Shown here: positions 21,554 through 32,827 of the stretch, piece after piece
Position numbering within the stretch: position 1 is the first letter of the stretch
How the letters are laid out: the number at the start of each line of letters is the position of its first letter
Virus record (IMG/VR): IMGVR_UViG_3300035670_012065
Coordinates: 1,687-65,686 of that record
DNA length: 64,000 bases
Source of the DNA: a virus
Taxonomy: Duplodnaviria > Caudoviricetes
Reading direction: 5' to 3' (one strand)
Translations under genes and position numbers: made by a program
Notes under the pieces: model-generated
Told to the model about the DNA's origin: nothing
The model's database searches: none
What the model saw: only the letters and a program-made list of their open reading frames with translations

Positions 21554-24500
21554 ACAATTGCACAATTTATAATAAAAGTTTTTTAGATGATCTTATAGAT
21601 ATCAAAAATTCTATTAATAATGCTTCTATTCTAGAAACAAAATTAAGCGAACTAATTTCTGCATCACCTCATGAAGATAATATTTGGACACCCTTGATTT
21701 TAGATTCTAGTTTATCGAATATTAATAAAAAATTAGTGCTAGATAATGGAACAGCAACAGGATACAATAATTTACCTAGTATTCTTGGTATTCAAGATTT
21801 TTTAACCATAAATAATCCTACTTTTAATTTTTGGAATGTTACAAATGGCGTTATGGTTACAGATTGGATATTGAATAATCCAAATTCTTCTTATATACCA
21901 ATATTTGGTTTATTGTGCTGGTTTAAAAAAATAACACCAACACAAAATTATAGACTTATTTCTACAATCCCAAATAATAGTAGAGTTCTATTGTCTGGAA
22001 CATCTAGGGTTTTTATAAAAATAGATAATGATATTTTATACGAAATTAATGATAGCAATAAAAATTCTGCGAGATTTACAACTAGTTCTATAAATTTTGC
22101 TTTCAATGAAAATAATAGTAATAATAATTATGTAAAAATCTCTGATTTAGGAAATAATCCTCAATTTATTGTTGCTAATACGTTTTTAACAGAGAATAGG
22201 GGTCTAGACGCTACTAACTTAACAGAAAATATATATAGTGAAATAGCTATAGGTGAAAATAGATATTTATTGTGGGTGCCAAATGGAGACGTATATACTT
22301 ATTATCTTAATCTTGACGAAAGATTCAAACAGAACAACGTTGTGGCCCCAAGATCATTTGTCTCATCTGCTTTATACCAAAACTATAATGCTATTTATCA
22401 TCAATTAAATATAGATAATATTAAAACATTTAATAGAAGATCCACTCATATTGCTAGATGTTATAAAAATTTAGCAAAATATTTGGCGTCTAGTCCATAT
22501 ATAGATGAATTTTCTATTAGTAGATTTTCTGATGATGATGTTAAAAATTTCGTTAATGCTTTTATCTCAACTAATGGAGATAAAAACAACACATTGTCTT
22601 GTTTGAATAATATTAGTATATATCTAAAAAATACAATATTTGAAAATGATATATCTAATATAAACAATAATATTATATATAGTTATAATAGCTTAAAACA
22701 AAAAATAGTTCAAAAGTATGGTTCTAAATTATCTTTAAGCGGTAATGCTTCCATTACTACAAAAAATAACCTATCTAATGGAGCAAATATAGTTGTTGGA
22801 CAAATTGGTGAATATTATGTTGGATTAGACACAGTTGATACCACTATATCCTGCAATCAAACAATAGGTGTTGGATCTTTAGAGGTAAAAACAAATTTTA
22901 CAAATTCTTCCTCAATGGTTGAATTGTTGTCTCCTATACCTCCCGGTATAGATCCACAATTTTTGGGTGAAAATAAAATATACTTATATAATGGATATAA
23001 AGCTGTTATATCTAAAGATAATAATAATTTTGTTAATCTTGTAATGGAAAAAACAACGAATAATCCTGAATTACCAGAATTTAATGATGCTTCTTTAATT
23101 AACAATTCAGATAATGTTATTTTTAAATATGTTCAATTTACCTCAAGATCAAGAGGTTCTCTTGGTAGAGATCCTTTCATAACAGATTTTATTAAATTTA
23201 ATGTTGTTTTAGATGATTTTAAATTGAATACATACAGAGGATCGGAAGATGCTTTTAATCCATTTTCCGTTATAGCCAAAGAAGAAATATTGTGTTCGTG
23301 GGAACAAGTTAGTGGACCTCCTCTAAAATTTATTAATATTAATTTATTTTATCAAAGTCCTAATCAGGGGCCGATAGTAAAAATAGGTCCAGAAAACAGA
23401 GACAAGTTTAAGATTTTGGACACCAGTAATACAGAAATAGCTTTTTCAAAATTAAGTGGACCAACAGAGGTTTATGTTGTTCCCTCTATTCCTGGTAGAT
23501 ATCAAATAAAATGTACCATGTCAACTCCTTTTGGTGCGTTTACTAAGATTAAAACTTTTTATGTTGTTTATGGTCAAGATTTTTTAATTGCAAAATCAGG
23601 ATCCATGATTCCATCATATGCTTATGAAGAATATTCCAATGTTGGATATGGGTCTTTTAATACGGGAGTAGATAGAAGCGATTCGGTAACTCCCAATGCG
23701 GAGGATGTTGAATATATTCGGACAAGAGAATCCAATCCGATTTATCTAAATAATGATAATTTAAGAGTAAATGTTCCATATTTACGTAAAATAGCTTTAA
23801 ATGCTAATGGTTTATTTTGGCCAATAAATACTAATTTGTATGTAAAACCAGTAAGAAGCAGACCCTTTCTATTAAATAATAATTCTATATATCAGTTCCC
23901 ATTTAGAACGCGAGGTTCTTCTGCACCAAGCTTATTGTCTATTAATTATAGCTTAAATAATTTAACTTATAAATTAGATAGAATAATTTTAGAAAAAACA
24001 AGAGTCCCCAACGACCCATCTTGCTATAACTGTTTGAGTTTTTATAATCCTCAATTATATGGCAGTAACGGAAGATGGTATAGAAAAAAATCAGTATCGA
24101 TTGAATCTTTTGATGTAGAATCTGCTGTTTATTTTCAACAAAGTTTTAGATTACCAGATATTTCTACAGACTATAGTCCTCCAATCAAACCCTATGGAGG
24201 GTATGGTACAAAAATTATTAATGATGTGGGCGTTATATTTCCTGATCATTCGGCTCCTGGTGAAATCTTTCCATATATTACAGGACAACCTCTTGACTAT
24301 AAATCAGATAATCCAACATCAGATCCTCCATTTTATACCGATGATAGTCGTAAATTTTGTTTCGAACAATTATTACCACAACCAACCAATAATTACTTAA
24401 CTTTTGAAAAAGGTGTTTTTCATCCTTATAGTGGATGGATTCAAAATAATAGCCCATTATATAGTGATGTAAAAAATCTTTCTAGTGTTTTAAAATTTAA

Positions 24501-27500
24501 TCCTGGTGCCAGAGATTCTTTTAGTTTTAATGGTCCTAGTATAGAAAATTTAACAAATGACAGCTATATTTATGATAGCAATATTACATATATTATACCT
24601 AAAAATTATAAATCTACCATAGATCTTTCTATTTCTGTTGGAGCACAATGGATACAATGGGGTAAAAATTGTAGCGAAACAAGAAGACCGGGACAAAGAC
24701 TAGGATCTCCACCGGACTGGAAATGGAGGAATCAGATACACAGAGAAATTACAGATCAATTAACAATGAATATAGGAGAATATACTAATCATGGATATAG
24801 AATATTAGAAGGGGGTAGACCCAAGTGGATAGAATTTAATAATCAACAAAATTTTTTACCTGTTATGGACGAATTTGGTGTGGATAACGATGAAAATCAG
24901 AATAAATTCTCCTACAGATTTCCTACTTCTGGGCCTCACTATCCTATTGACGCAATACCTAGTTTTGTTACAGAATACTGGGATAGGTTATCTCAACAGC
25001 CTGCTGATGATCAACCTGGAGCTAATTTTGGAGATATAAACTATGCAGGATTAGATGATCCTGATCCATCGCAAACATGGGTTGGTATTAAAAATCCAAG
25101 AGTATTAGGTTTTAATATCAAAGACCTGGAGGTAAAATTAAATTTTCTAAATTATATAAACACTAAAGATTTAAGTATTAGTTTTGAATCTATTCCCGCT
25201 CCAGATGAACAATTGAGGATTTCACCATTTGGAAGAAGACCTCTGGATACACCAATACAACCACAAATTAGTTTTATTGATCAAACAATACCTTATGATA
25301 TTTTTTCTAGAAATTTTAATGAAAATATTTTTATTAATAACGGGGGACTATCATCGTATTTAAGAGAACTAAACAGAATGAATACGAGATATTTAAATGG
25401 AGAAACAAATGTATCAGCTCCATTAAGATTATATCTATTAAATCAAGAATATATTCAAAACCATAGTGTAAATTTGAGTTTAAAATTTTCTGATAATGCT
25501 GATAAGAATACTGTTTTTTGTGATCAAAAATTTTCAAGAGATAGCTATTTTTTAAATGGTATCGATATTAAATTTACAAATGATCGAAGATCTTATGAGT
25601 CTCAACAGATAATTCATAATAATGAAAGTATTAGACCATCTACTAGCCCCAATAATCATAGCGATAGAGAATCTTATCTTTATAATAAAATTGCAACAAA
25701 AAATAAATTAAATATTATTAATAATACCTTTAGTAAATACAAGGGTAAGACACTATTCAATAGTACACCTCCTTGCGTGAGTGAAAATTCACCAACAACA
25801 GAATCTCCTAACAATGATGGTGTTTCAACATTTAGTTGTAATATCACACTTTATGATGAACACGATGATATGCTATTTAATGACAATACTATAGATTCTC
25901 AAATGTTTACCAATGCCTATGACTTTGATGGTAAAATTAATACTAGTCAATTTGTTAATTCTTTGTGTAGTTGGGAACTTATATTACATATTTCTGATAC
26001 GACTAAGCCGACAGCAACCAATTTAAGTTCTTTACATTCTTATGGTAATAATGAAGCGCTTAGTTTAATAGATTATGGAAGACCACCATCATATCCTGGT
26101 TATAGTTTTATTGCTAATCTTAGAAATTATAAACATTTACTACCCTTTGTCAATATTAATGCTCCAAATATATTTTTTCAAGATTATAGTTTATGTGAAA
26201 GTTCTATTACTAAAAATGTTGGTAAATCATCTAAATCATATAATTTAGAATATCCTTCGTTGGCAGTTATACAAATATTGGGGGCTATGGCTCAAGCAGC
26301 AGGTATGGTTGCTGCTGGCGGATTAGCTGGTGTTGGTCCCGGGTTGGCGCTGGGTGCTGCTGGAGCAGCAGCAGGATATGCTGCTATAGTTGGATTTTTT
26401 AATGACGCAAGACAACAGAGATTTGAACAAGCAGTGGCGAATGAGGCATACCATCAAGAATATGGAGGATATCCTTTTGGAAGTCCAGAAAAAATACTTA
26501 TTAATTTTAGCAAAGATAATGTCTTTTGGTATAAGGCCGAAGCTTCTATTTTTAAATACCAGCATACTCCAGTTTTAAAGTATAAACAATACAACTATAT
26601 TAGATTAAATAAAAACTCTTTCCCTTTGTTGTCTAGATTTACTTTTGATATAGTAAAAAATATTGAAGAATTAATCGATGAGTCTTATGTTCAAAACCTA
26701 TCCATAAAATGTTCAAAATATAATCTTTTAAATGGCCCACAAAATATAAACAATGTTAGTTACTATAAAGATAGTCTAGTAAGAGTATCTTTTGAACAAG
26801 ATACAGACGAGCCTTGTCCAGACGGATTATATATTGTCAATGAGGTTGATAATCAATGGATACCAGTTTCTGGCGATCCTTTATCTGTCTATAAAAACAC
26901 AGAATATATATTACAAAATCATGTGATGTATTATGATACAATATCAACCGATAATAGCATATTTAAAAACTTTGATCAATATTCTAGCTTAAATAAAATT
27001 ATTATACTTGATAATGATATACCCTATAATATTTTTGATATAAATGAACAAGTAATAATTAGTGGAGAAAATATAGAATCTACCGCGACAGTCCTAGGTA
27101 AAGCTTTAATATACAAGGATAAAAAACCCTATAGTATATTAAAATTAGACACAGATATGTCTGATATAGATCTTATTAGTCCAGATAATAATGTTGTTGT
27201 AATGTTTGATTTATCATCTTCGTCAGATATAACAAATAATCCAATTAATATGTATGGTTTTGAAAAAGAAAGCATAAATACTCAAATTATACCAGAAATA
27301 TTTTCCACAACGAACAGCGTTGGTTCTTATGGAGACGGATCTCAGAATCTTGATAAAAAACTATTATCTGTTGCTCCTTCTTATAATAATTTATCAAAAC
27401 TTTATAATACATTTAATAATAAGCTTAATGATAAATTTAAATATAATAATATGGTATTTAGTACAAATGACTCTCATATTGATTATGTTAGACCTGGCAC

Positions 27501-29502
27501 CTTATTAAGATCAGATATTCAGTCTGATCAAATTAAATATATAGGTAAGTCAAAAGCATTTGCCTACAACATAAAAGATATTAACATTTTTATCGATAAA
27601 ACCAATAACTATATCATTAATAATCCATCAGATGAATTGATAGATATTATAAATAAAGAATTGATATATAATAATATTACTAATAATAGTTATCATTTTA
27701 TCTATGTAAAAAATAATAATTTCAAAGAAAATAGTATTATTTCTAATGATTTTGGTTTTGTTAGCATAGAAGATGATTATGAGATTAAAAATCCAATTCA
27801 AGCAATAGATAATAATGGAAATATAATATCTGATGAAATATTTTTAAATTTAATTACTAAATTAAATAAGTTAGAAGATTTATCAAAAAATGAATTTCTG
27901 GAAAGTATGGTAGGAAAAGAAAGAGATACGAATAGTATAATTTTATCGTATAATTTAAATTATTTATTTCAACATTATGAATCTTTAACAGAATATAACC
28001 AAGCTAAACAAAGAACAGAATTCGCATTAAGGGTTTTGTATAAAGAGCGTGATGATATATTGGAACTGCTAGGAAGAATTAGTTCTTATCAAACGGCTAT
28101 TATAACTTTATTAGATGATAGTTCTGTTGGTGGTAAGATATTATCAGAAAATAATGAAAAAATTATTATAGACAATAATGGGGAAAAGAGAAATTTAGAT
28201 AAAACTAATATTAAAAACATTGTAAGAAATTTTAATAGAAATTTAGATCTAAATTACATTAGACCAAAAGAAAAAGCTATTGTTGGTATTAAAACAGGAA
28301 ATGATAGTGTTTTTGCATGGCTGTCATCGTCTTCGGTATATGATATATCCTATGAAGAAAATAACGATGACTATTGGATTAATTTAGATCCGAATCAAGC
28401 ATGTAGTATAGCAGAAGAATTAAGACCAAAGGTTTTAAAAGAAATTAGCTATATTTGTAGACCACTAAATTATCAGCAAACTATTTTTGGTACTCCATTT
28501 TTATCCGAAAATAATATTTGTGCAAGAAAACGTGGTGGTTCATTAAATACACAGGATCCGGTTATGGACGGGGTAGGATTTACAACATCCTCGATAAGAC
28601 TACGTGGCGAATTATATGAAATGTATACATATACTATGAATCCAAATGACGTGGATAGCCAAAAGACAGATATAGAAAATAAAGCGAGGGCCGCTAATCT
28701 TGCCATAAAATGGGATACTAAAAATATTAGAAGAGATTACCATATTAATGGAGAAAATAGTTTCGATTATTATAACAACCAAGAAGTTTTGGTAGCTGTT
28801 ATAGAAACATACGAAATACTATTAGCTCCTCACGAAATAACAGATGGTAAAATTAATGTTTCTAATAGAATGGACGCAGATGTCTCTACTATAGGAACAG
28901 GAGAAAATGCCACCGTTCCATCATTATTAGAGGGATATAATTCTGCTAGACGTCCATCAGATTCTCCAGACGGTTTTGGATTATTAGATGGTATACAAGG
29001 AGGATTCTATTACGATAATAGAACAGAACAATCTGTTAAAATATACAATGTTTGTAATCTTGATGAAATCAATACTTTACAGGTTAAAATTAGAAAAATA
29101 CCAAGACAATTAAGAGGTATCGATTTATTATCTTCTATATATAGATATGGTGCAACAATACCTTTTTCTCCATTTCCAAGAAGAACAAATGCTGATCCAT
29201 TGAACCCAGAAGCTCCGGCAGGCGCAGGAATTTTTGGTTCATCAAAATTTCAGCCTCATTTTCCAATAGTTAATAATAATTTTTATTATTGGAAATGCAT
29301 GGAACTAAATGGGGCTGGCGATAGATTAATTGAATCTACCACCCCATTATTTTTTCAACTAATGAATGAAATGATGTATAGAACCTTTTATGGTTCGGTT
29401 GACAAGATAGAAAATAAATATGATCAACTTGTTAGTCAATTTTTATGGGAACTTATTCCTTATGAGTATTTTACCAAGCCTCCGCCAGAACCTCAACAAT
29501 AG
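21550..29502 (+). CDS. Giant virion protein (2650 aa) with PKD-like and P-domain-like segments and a Gly/Ala hydrophobic stretch
   Basis: SWEQVSGP...PGRYQIKCTMS (PKD/Ig-like). IKDLEVKLN...DLSISF...LCSWELIL (proprotein-convertase P-domain-like, with long insertions). LAVIQILGAMAQAAGMVAAGGLAGVGPGLALGAAGAAAGYAAIVGFF. Confidence 0.5.
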   Translation: MNNCTIYNKSFLDDLIDIKNSINNASILETKLSELISASPHEDNIWTPLILDSSLSNINKKLVLDNGTATGYNNLPSILGIQDFLTINNPTFNFWNVTNGVMVTDWILNNPNSSYIPIFGLLCWFKKITPTQNYRLISTIPNNSRVLLSGTSRVFIKIDNDILYEINDSNKNSARFTTSSINFAFNENNSNNNYVKISDLGNNPQFIVANTFLTENRGLDATNLTENIYSEIAIGENRYLLWVPNGDVYTYYLNLDERFKQNNVVAPRSFVSSALYQNYNAIYHQLNIDNIKTFNRRSTHIARCYKNLAKYLASSPYIDEFSISRFSDDDVKNFVNAFISTNGDKNNTLSCLNNISIYLKNTIFENDISNINNNIIYSYNSLKQKIVQKYGSKLSLSGNASITTKNNLSNGANIVVGQIGEYYVGLDTVDTTISCNQTIGVGSLEVKTNFTNSSSMVELLSPIPPGIDPQFLGENKIYLYNGYKAVISKDNNNFVNLVMEKTTNNPELPEFNDASLINNSDNVIFKYVQFTSRSRGSLGRDPFITDFIKFNVVLDDFKLNTYRGSEDAFNPFSVIAKEEILCSWEQVSGPPLKFININLFYQSPNQGPIVKIGPENRDKFKILDTSNTEIAFSKLSGPTEVYVVPSIPGRYQIKCTMSTPFGAFTKIKTFYVVYGQDFLIAKSGSMIPSYAYEEYSNVGYGSFNTGVDRSDSVTPNAEDVEYIRTRESNPIYLNNDNLRVNVPYLRKIALNANGLFWPINTNLYVKPVRSRPFLLNNNSIYQFPFRTRGSSAPSLLSINYSLNNLTYKLDRIILEKTRVPNDPSCYNCLSFYNPQLYGSNGRWYRKKSVSIESFDVESAVYFQQSFRLPDISTDYSPPIKPYGGYGTKIINDVGVIFPDHSAPGEIFPYITGQPLDYKSDNPTSDPPFYTDDSRKFCFEQLLPQPTNNYLTFEKGVFHPYSGWIQNNSPLYSDVKNLSSVLKFNPGARDSFSFNGPSIENLTNDSYIYDSNITYIIPKNYKSTIDLSISVGAQWIQWGKNCSETRRPGQRLGSPPDWKWRNQIHREITDQLTMNIGEYTNHGYRILEGGRPKWIEFNNQQNFLPVMDEFGVDNDENQNKFSYRFPTSGPHYPIDAIPSFVTEYWDRLSQQPADDQPGANFGDINYAGLDDPDPSQTWVGIKNPRVLGFNIKDLEVKLNFLNYINTKDLSISFESIPAPDEQLRISPFGRRPLDTPIQPQISFIDQTIPYDIFSRNFNENIFINNGGLSSYLRELNRMNTRYLNGETNVSAPLRLYLLNQEYIQNHSVNLSLKFSDNADKNTVFCDQKFSRDSYFLNGIDIKFTNDRRSYESQQIIHNNESIRPSTSPNNHSDRESYLYNKIATKNKLNIINNTFSKYKGKTLFNSTPPCVSENSPTTESPNNDGVSTFSCNITLYDEHDDMLFNDNTIDSQMFTNAYDFDGKINTSQFVNSLCSWELILHISDTTKPTATNLSSLHSYGNNEALSLIDYGRPPSYPGYSFIANLRNYKHLLPFVNINAPNIFFQDYSLCESSITKNVGKSSKSYNLEYPSLAVIQILGAMAQAAGMVAAGGLAGVGPGLALGAAGAAAGYAAIVGFFNDARQQRFEQAVANEAYHQEYGGYPFGSPEKILINFSKDNVFWYKAEASIFKYQHTPVLKYKQYNYIRLNKNSFPLLSRFTFDIVKNIEELIDESYVQNLSIKCSKYNLLNGPQNINNVSYYKDSLVRVSFEQDTDEPCPDGLYIVNEVDNQWIPVSGDPLSVYKNTEYILQNHVMYYDTISTDNSIFKNFDQYSSLNKIIILDNDIPYNIFDINEQVIISGENIESTATVLGKALIYKDKKPYSILKLDTDMSDIDLISPDNNVVVMFDLSSSSDITNNPINMYGFEKESINTQIIPEIFSTTNSVGSYGDGSQNLDKKLLSVAPSYNNLSKLYNTFNNKLNDKFKYNNMVFSTNDSHIDYVRPGTLLRSDIQSDQIKYIGKSKAFAYNIKDINIFIDKTNNYIINNPSDELIDIINKELIYNNITNNSYHFIYVKNNNFKENSIISNDFGFVSIEDDYEIKNPIQAIDNNGNIISDEIFLNLITKLNKLEDLSKNEFLESMVGKERDTNSIILSYNLNYLFQHYESLTEYNQAKQRTEFALRVLYKERDDILELLGRISSYQTAIITLLDDSSVGGKILSENNEKIIIDNNGEKRNLDKTNIKNIVRNFNRNLDLNYIRPKEKAIVGIKTGNDSVFAWLSSSSVYDISYEENNDDYWINLDPNQACSIAEELRPKVLKEISYICRPLNYQQTIFGTPFLSENNICARKRGGSLNTQDPVMDGVGFTTSSIRLRGELYEMYTYTMNPNDVDSQKTDIENKARAANLAIKWDTKNIRRDYHINGENSFDYYNNQEVLVAVIETYEILLAPHEITDGKINVSNRMDADVSTIGTGENATVPSLLEGYNSARRPSDSPDGFGLLDGIQGGFYYDNRTEQSVKIYNVCNLDEINTLQVKIRKIPRQLRGIDLLSSIYRYGATIPFSPFPRRTNADPLNPEAPAGAGIFGSSKFQPHFPIVNNNFYYWKCMELNGAGDRLIESTTPLFFQLMNEMMYRTFYGSVDKIENKYDQLVSQFLWELIPYEYFTKPPPEPQQ

Positions 29503-29511
29503 TGTGTTCTT

Positions 29512-29874
29512 ATGTTTTGCGAATTTATTCAACAGTCCAATGCTTCTTATAAATGTAATAAGTGTGGGATAGAAATATCTACTAATGATGATCAACCACC
29601 AATTTTTCCTTGTAGAATAACTAATCTATCCTCGAAAGAGCCTGATTTAGCAACAAAAGTAAAAAACTTTTCCGGTAGTTTTTTCAATCACGCTAAAAAT
29701 AATTTTAAACTAGCATCTGATAGCACCATAGAAAAAAGATTTAAGATTTGTGAATCTTGTGATTCTTTTAGGGGAGGTTCTTGTTTAGAGTGTGGATGTC
29801 CTATAGTACGAACCAGAAACTATATTAGCAAATTAAGCTGGGATAGTGAAAAATGCCCATTAAATAAATGGTAA
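29512..29874 (+). CDS. Small Cys-rich protein (DUF6171-like)
   Basis: R..ICESC......CLECGC.....K......CPLNKW pattern, common in phage genomes. Confidence 0.55.
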   Translation: MFCEFIQQSNASYKCNKCGIEISTNDDQPPIFPCRITNLSSKEPDLATKVKNFSGSFFNHAKNNFKLASDSTIEKRFKICESCDSFRGGSCLECGCPIVRTRNYISKLSWDSEKCPLNKW

Positions 29875-29875
29875 T

Positions 29876-30199
29876 TTATTCTTTATCTTTAACCCACTTA
29901 TGCCATCCGTTATGAGGTAGATAATTTCCATTATCGTCTTTACGTTTTGGAAATAGAGTACCTCCTTTTTTATGTTGACCAAATGTTAAAATGGCTCCAC
30001 AGTCGGAACACCTTAATTCATAATAATCATTTCCATCAACGCTTCTAACAATAAATTTAATATTAGTTTTATTACACATACCACATTTTGCTTCGCCAAA
30101 AATTTCTTGAATTAATGCTAGTTCTTTAAAAATTTCTTTTTGTCCACTAGCTTCCAATTCGAATTGTAATTTTTCATTGGCTTTGTATAAAACTTTCAT
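29876..30199 (-). CDS. Zn-ribbon protein
   Basis: CGMC...YYELRCSDCGA, followed by FGQHKKGGTLFPKRK. Confidence 0.6.
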   Translation of the reverse strand: MKVLYKANEKLQFELEASGQKEIFKELALIQEIFGEAKCGMCNKTNIKFIVRSVDGNDYYELRCSDCGAILTFGQHKKGGTLFPKRKDDNGNYLPHNGWHKWVKDKE

Positions 30200-30202
30200 A
30201 AA

Positions 30203-30931
30203 TTATTTCCATTCGTTAGAGTAGCCTTTAATATTATCAGAAATACTATCCATATTTTGTTGATATTTGGATAACATTCTTATAATGTCTACTGCGCTTT
30301 CATGTGTCAAGCTATAAATATTATCTATTTTTATATTATTTTCTTCTAGTAGTTTAATAACATTAATATTAAGTCTTTGAGCAAGAACATCTATGAAGTT
30401 GATTTGTTGATTGCTTATTTTATTAACACTATTATTATCCGGGTGATCTTCTATTTCTTTTGCTATTTCTTCTGCGGCAACAACTTTTCTTAATCTTAGG
30501 GCTCTTCTTAATGCTCTTCCTTCTGCTCTGGTTTCTGCAACTGCGACCGGATGGTTTCGATATACCTTGTCGCAGTTTCCCCAGTAAACGTCCGCAGAGC
30601 CATCTACGGTGATCATATTAATATCATGGGTGTCAGGAGAGTCTGGGTTTAAACAGTATGTTAGGGAGTGAACAACGGTGGCTCTTTTCTCATTATTTGG
30701 ATCAGGAGTTTGAACAACACTAGATGTTGATGATATTAGCCTACAGTTTAGTACTGTTTCGAAAATTCTTCTAAGTCCATCTGTTGTTGGGTTGTCGCTT
30801 ATTTTTTCATCTTCACTTAGCAGGCCCAAAACATAATCGGTCCATTCTAAATCAGAAATTTTAGGAATTTTTTTATCAACAATTTCTATAGTATTTTCAT
30901 TAGAAGCATCAACTTTATCTTTTTTAGCCAT
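30203..30931 (-). CDS. Putative single-strand annealing protein (Rad52/Sak-like)
   Basis: GSAD...AVAETRAEGRALRRAL resembles the AET.A.GRAL motif of Rad52-like phage recombinases. C-terminal IS.QQ..FI..L helical module. Confidence 0.45.
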   Translation of the reverse strand: MAKKDKVDASNENTIEIVDKKIPKISDLEWTDYVLGLLSEDEKISDNPTTDGLRRIFETVLNCRLISSTSSVVQTPDPNNEKRATVVHSLTYCLNPDSPDTHDINMITVDGSADVYWGNCDKVYRNHPVAVAETRAEGRALRRALRLRKVVAAEEIAKEIEDHPDNNSVNKISNQQINFIDVLAQRLNINVIKLLEENNIKIDNIYSLTHESAVDIIRMLSKYQQNMDSISDNIKGYSNEWK

Positions 30932-31736
30932 TAGAATCCCTTATTGTAAATGTTTGTTGTCCAGCTAATAGGTTATTATTTTGTGTTCTTATAATGTCGA
31001 TAAGCTCATTATATACCAACGAAGCTCTACTCTCAGAAAAATCTTTGGTTTGTATTATTCTTATCAAATTCCACCCTTTTCCAAGAATCAAACCCTCTTT
31101 TTTGGAATCATATTTTTTATTTCTGTTCAAAGAATCTTCACCCCATACTGGGGCCCAATGAGAAGGTCCATCCACCTCTATAGCTAAATTGATAGTAGGC
31201 ACGAACAGATCAATCTGCAACTTGGTATTGAGTAAGGTTTGTTCCTTGTGGAACTCTACTTTGAATCCATCTGATAATAGTTTTTTTTGTAGGTATTTTT
31301 CTAATTTTGATCCAACTTTACTAGATTGTCTAACGGCCGTATTGGCGGATTTTAGTATATTTTGTTTGATATTATCGTCTAAATTTTCCCAATTTTGTTT
31401 GGCTTTTAGTTTTCTTTTGTTTATTTCATCGTCACCCAAATTCTCCCAAGAGTTAAGAACAGAAAGCCCTATTTTTTGTTTAGTATTTTCTGATCTTTCT
31501 TTGCCCTTGGTTGGATGAGAATGCTTACCTGTTTTTAAAGCATTTTTTTGAGCTTCGCTTTTATCTCTAATTTTAATGTTATATTTTTTAGCATCTCTGC
31601 GTATTCTGTTGGCATAAGTATCATACAAAGACGCTATATCCGCAAAACTTTTGCCTTGTGTTGAATAAAGATCAATTATAAGATTTTTTTTGTCTTGCTC
31701 AGACAACAGGTTGTAGGATGTGTTGTATTTTTTCAT
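30924..31736 (-). CDS. Free-standing endonuclease: HTH + NUMOD3-like + Vsr/DUF559 domain
   Basis: HPTKGKERSENTKQKIG (NUMOD3-like); SKLEKYL...QIDLFVP..NLAIEVDGPSHW...D..K...GWNLIRI. Confidence 0.7.
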   Translation of the reverse strand: MKKYNTSYNLLSEQDKKNLIIDLYSTQGKSFADIASLYDTYANRIRRDAKKYNIKIRDKSEAQKNALKTGKHSHPTKGKERSENTKQKIGLSVLNSWENLGDDEINKRKLKAKQNWENLDDNIKQNILKSANTAVRQSSKVGSKLEKYLQKKLLSDGFKVEFHKEQTLLNTKLQIDLFVPTINLAIEVDGPSHWAPVWGEDSLNRNKKYDSKKEGLILGKGWNLIRIIQTKDFSESRASLVYNELIDIIRTQNNNLLAGQQTFTIRDSNG

Positions 31737-32166
31737 GATTAAAATTTTCCATTATATCTAAAGGTTTTTTCCAGCATAAATTATATACATCATATAAATA
31801 CTCGCTTGAAGTTACAAAATCTGTATCTAGATAAAGCTTAGTCCATTCATTATAATGGTTATTTCTATTTTTTATCCAAGGTATATCGTTAACATAAAGT
31901 ATTCTTTTACTAAGATTTGTAAAATTTTTACTAAAAATTAATCCTGTAATATCAAATAACCAAAGATCACCATTAAAAAATTTAGCATGATTGATATGTA
32001 ATATTGGTATGTTGTAGGTATTGATTTTATCACAATTATTGGTAAAAATTACAATATCACTATAGTAATTTGCTTTAATTAATTTAGATATGGTATATAA
32101 AATAATCTCATAAGCTTCACTATTATCAATATTAAACAATAAAAACCCAACGCTATTTTTTAGCAT
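31699..32166 (-). CDS. Glycosyltransferase-like fragment (GT-B N-terminal-like)
   Basis: KRILYVNDIPW...FVTSSEYL pattern and position in the glycosylation cluster; weak evidence. Confidence 0.3.
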   Translation of the reverse strand: MLKNSVGFLLFNIDNSEAYEIILYTISKLIKANYYSDIVIFTNNCDKINTYNIPILHINHAKFFNGDLWLFDITGLIFSKNFTNLSKRILYVNDIPWIKNRNNHYNEWTKLYLDTDFVTSSEYLYDVYNLCWKKPLDIMENFNHEKIQHILQPVV

Positions 32167-32827
32167 TTAATAGTACCTTTAAAAAGTTGGAATATGACTG
32201 AAAACTTTTTTTGTGTTTGTATCTAGATGGACATAATGACTCTAGATCTTCGATAGTTAAAACATCACAACCACAAGCCCAGGCTTCTGCCACATAATCT
32301 TCATCCAATGCTAGATAGTATCGACTATTTTGTAGTAATACAGCTTTGTCATTTTCATATAATAAACCAAGATTTTGCGGATGTATAATATTTTGATTAT
32401 TAAATAATTTTATAGGTAATTTAGAATTTGGGTATAAATATGAATTTAATAAAGGTGGTAAAATTTCTATTTTATCTAGGAATGATACTATTAGATTTTC
32501 TTTAATATTATTATTACTATAGAACAGGTTATTATTCACCAGTGTTGGAATATTAATATTTTTTTTGGAACTACAATTAATTAGTATATTTTTTATTTCG
32601 TCGTATACATATAAATGCACAGTATCAGAAAACTCATCAATAAATTGTAGCTCTTCGCCTGTTAATAAAGACTTTATAAAAATAGCATGAGTAAATTTAT
32701 AGGAATAATATATTTTATATAGTTGATCTTTTGTATCGATAACTAATTGGTCGCAAAAGTTATGTTTAGAGAACTTAATATTGTTAACAAATTTATTATT
32801 GATATATTGTACTAGTAATTTATTCAT
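32153..32827 (-). CDS. Degenerate glycosyltransferase-like protein
   Basis: PTLVNNNLFY...NLGLL...KAVLLQNSRYYL...YVAEAWACGC resembles a GT-B C-terminal EA.ACG motif. Confidence 0.4.
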   Translation of the reverse strand: MNKLLVQYINNKFVNNIKFSKHNFCDQLVIDTKDQLYKIYYSYKFTHAIFIKSLLTGEELQFIDEFSDTVHLYVYDEIKNILINCSSKKNINIPTLVNNNLFYSNNNIKENLIVSFLDKIEILPPLLNSYLYPNSKLPIKLFNNQNIIHPQNLGLLYENDKAVLLQNSRYYLALDEDYVAEAWACGCDVLTIEDLESLCPSRYKHKKSFQSYSNFLKVLLNAKK

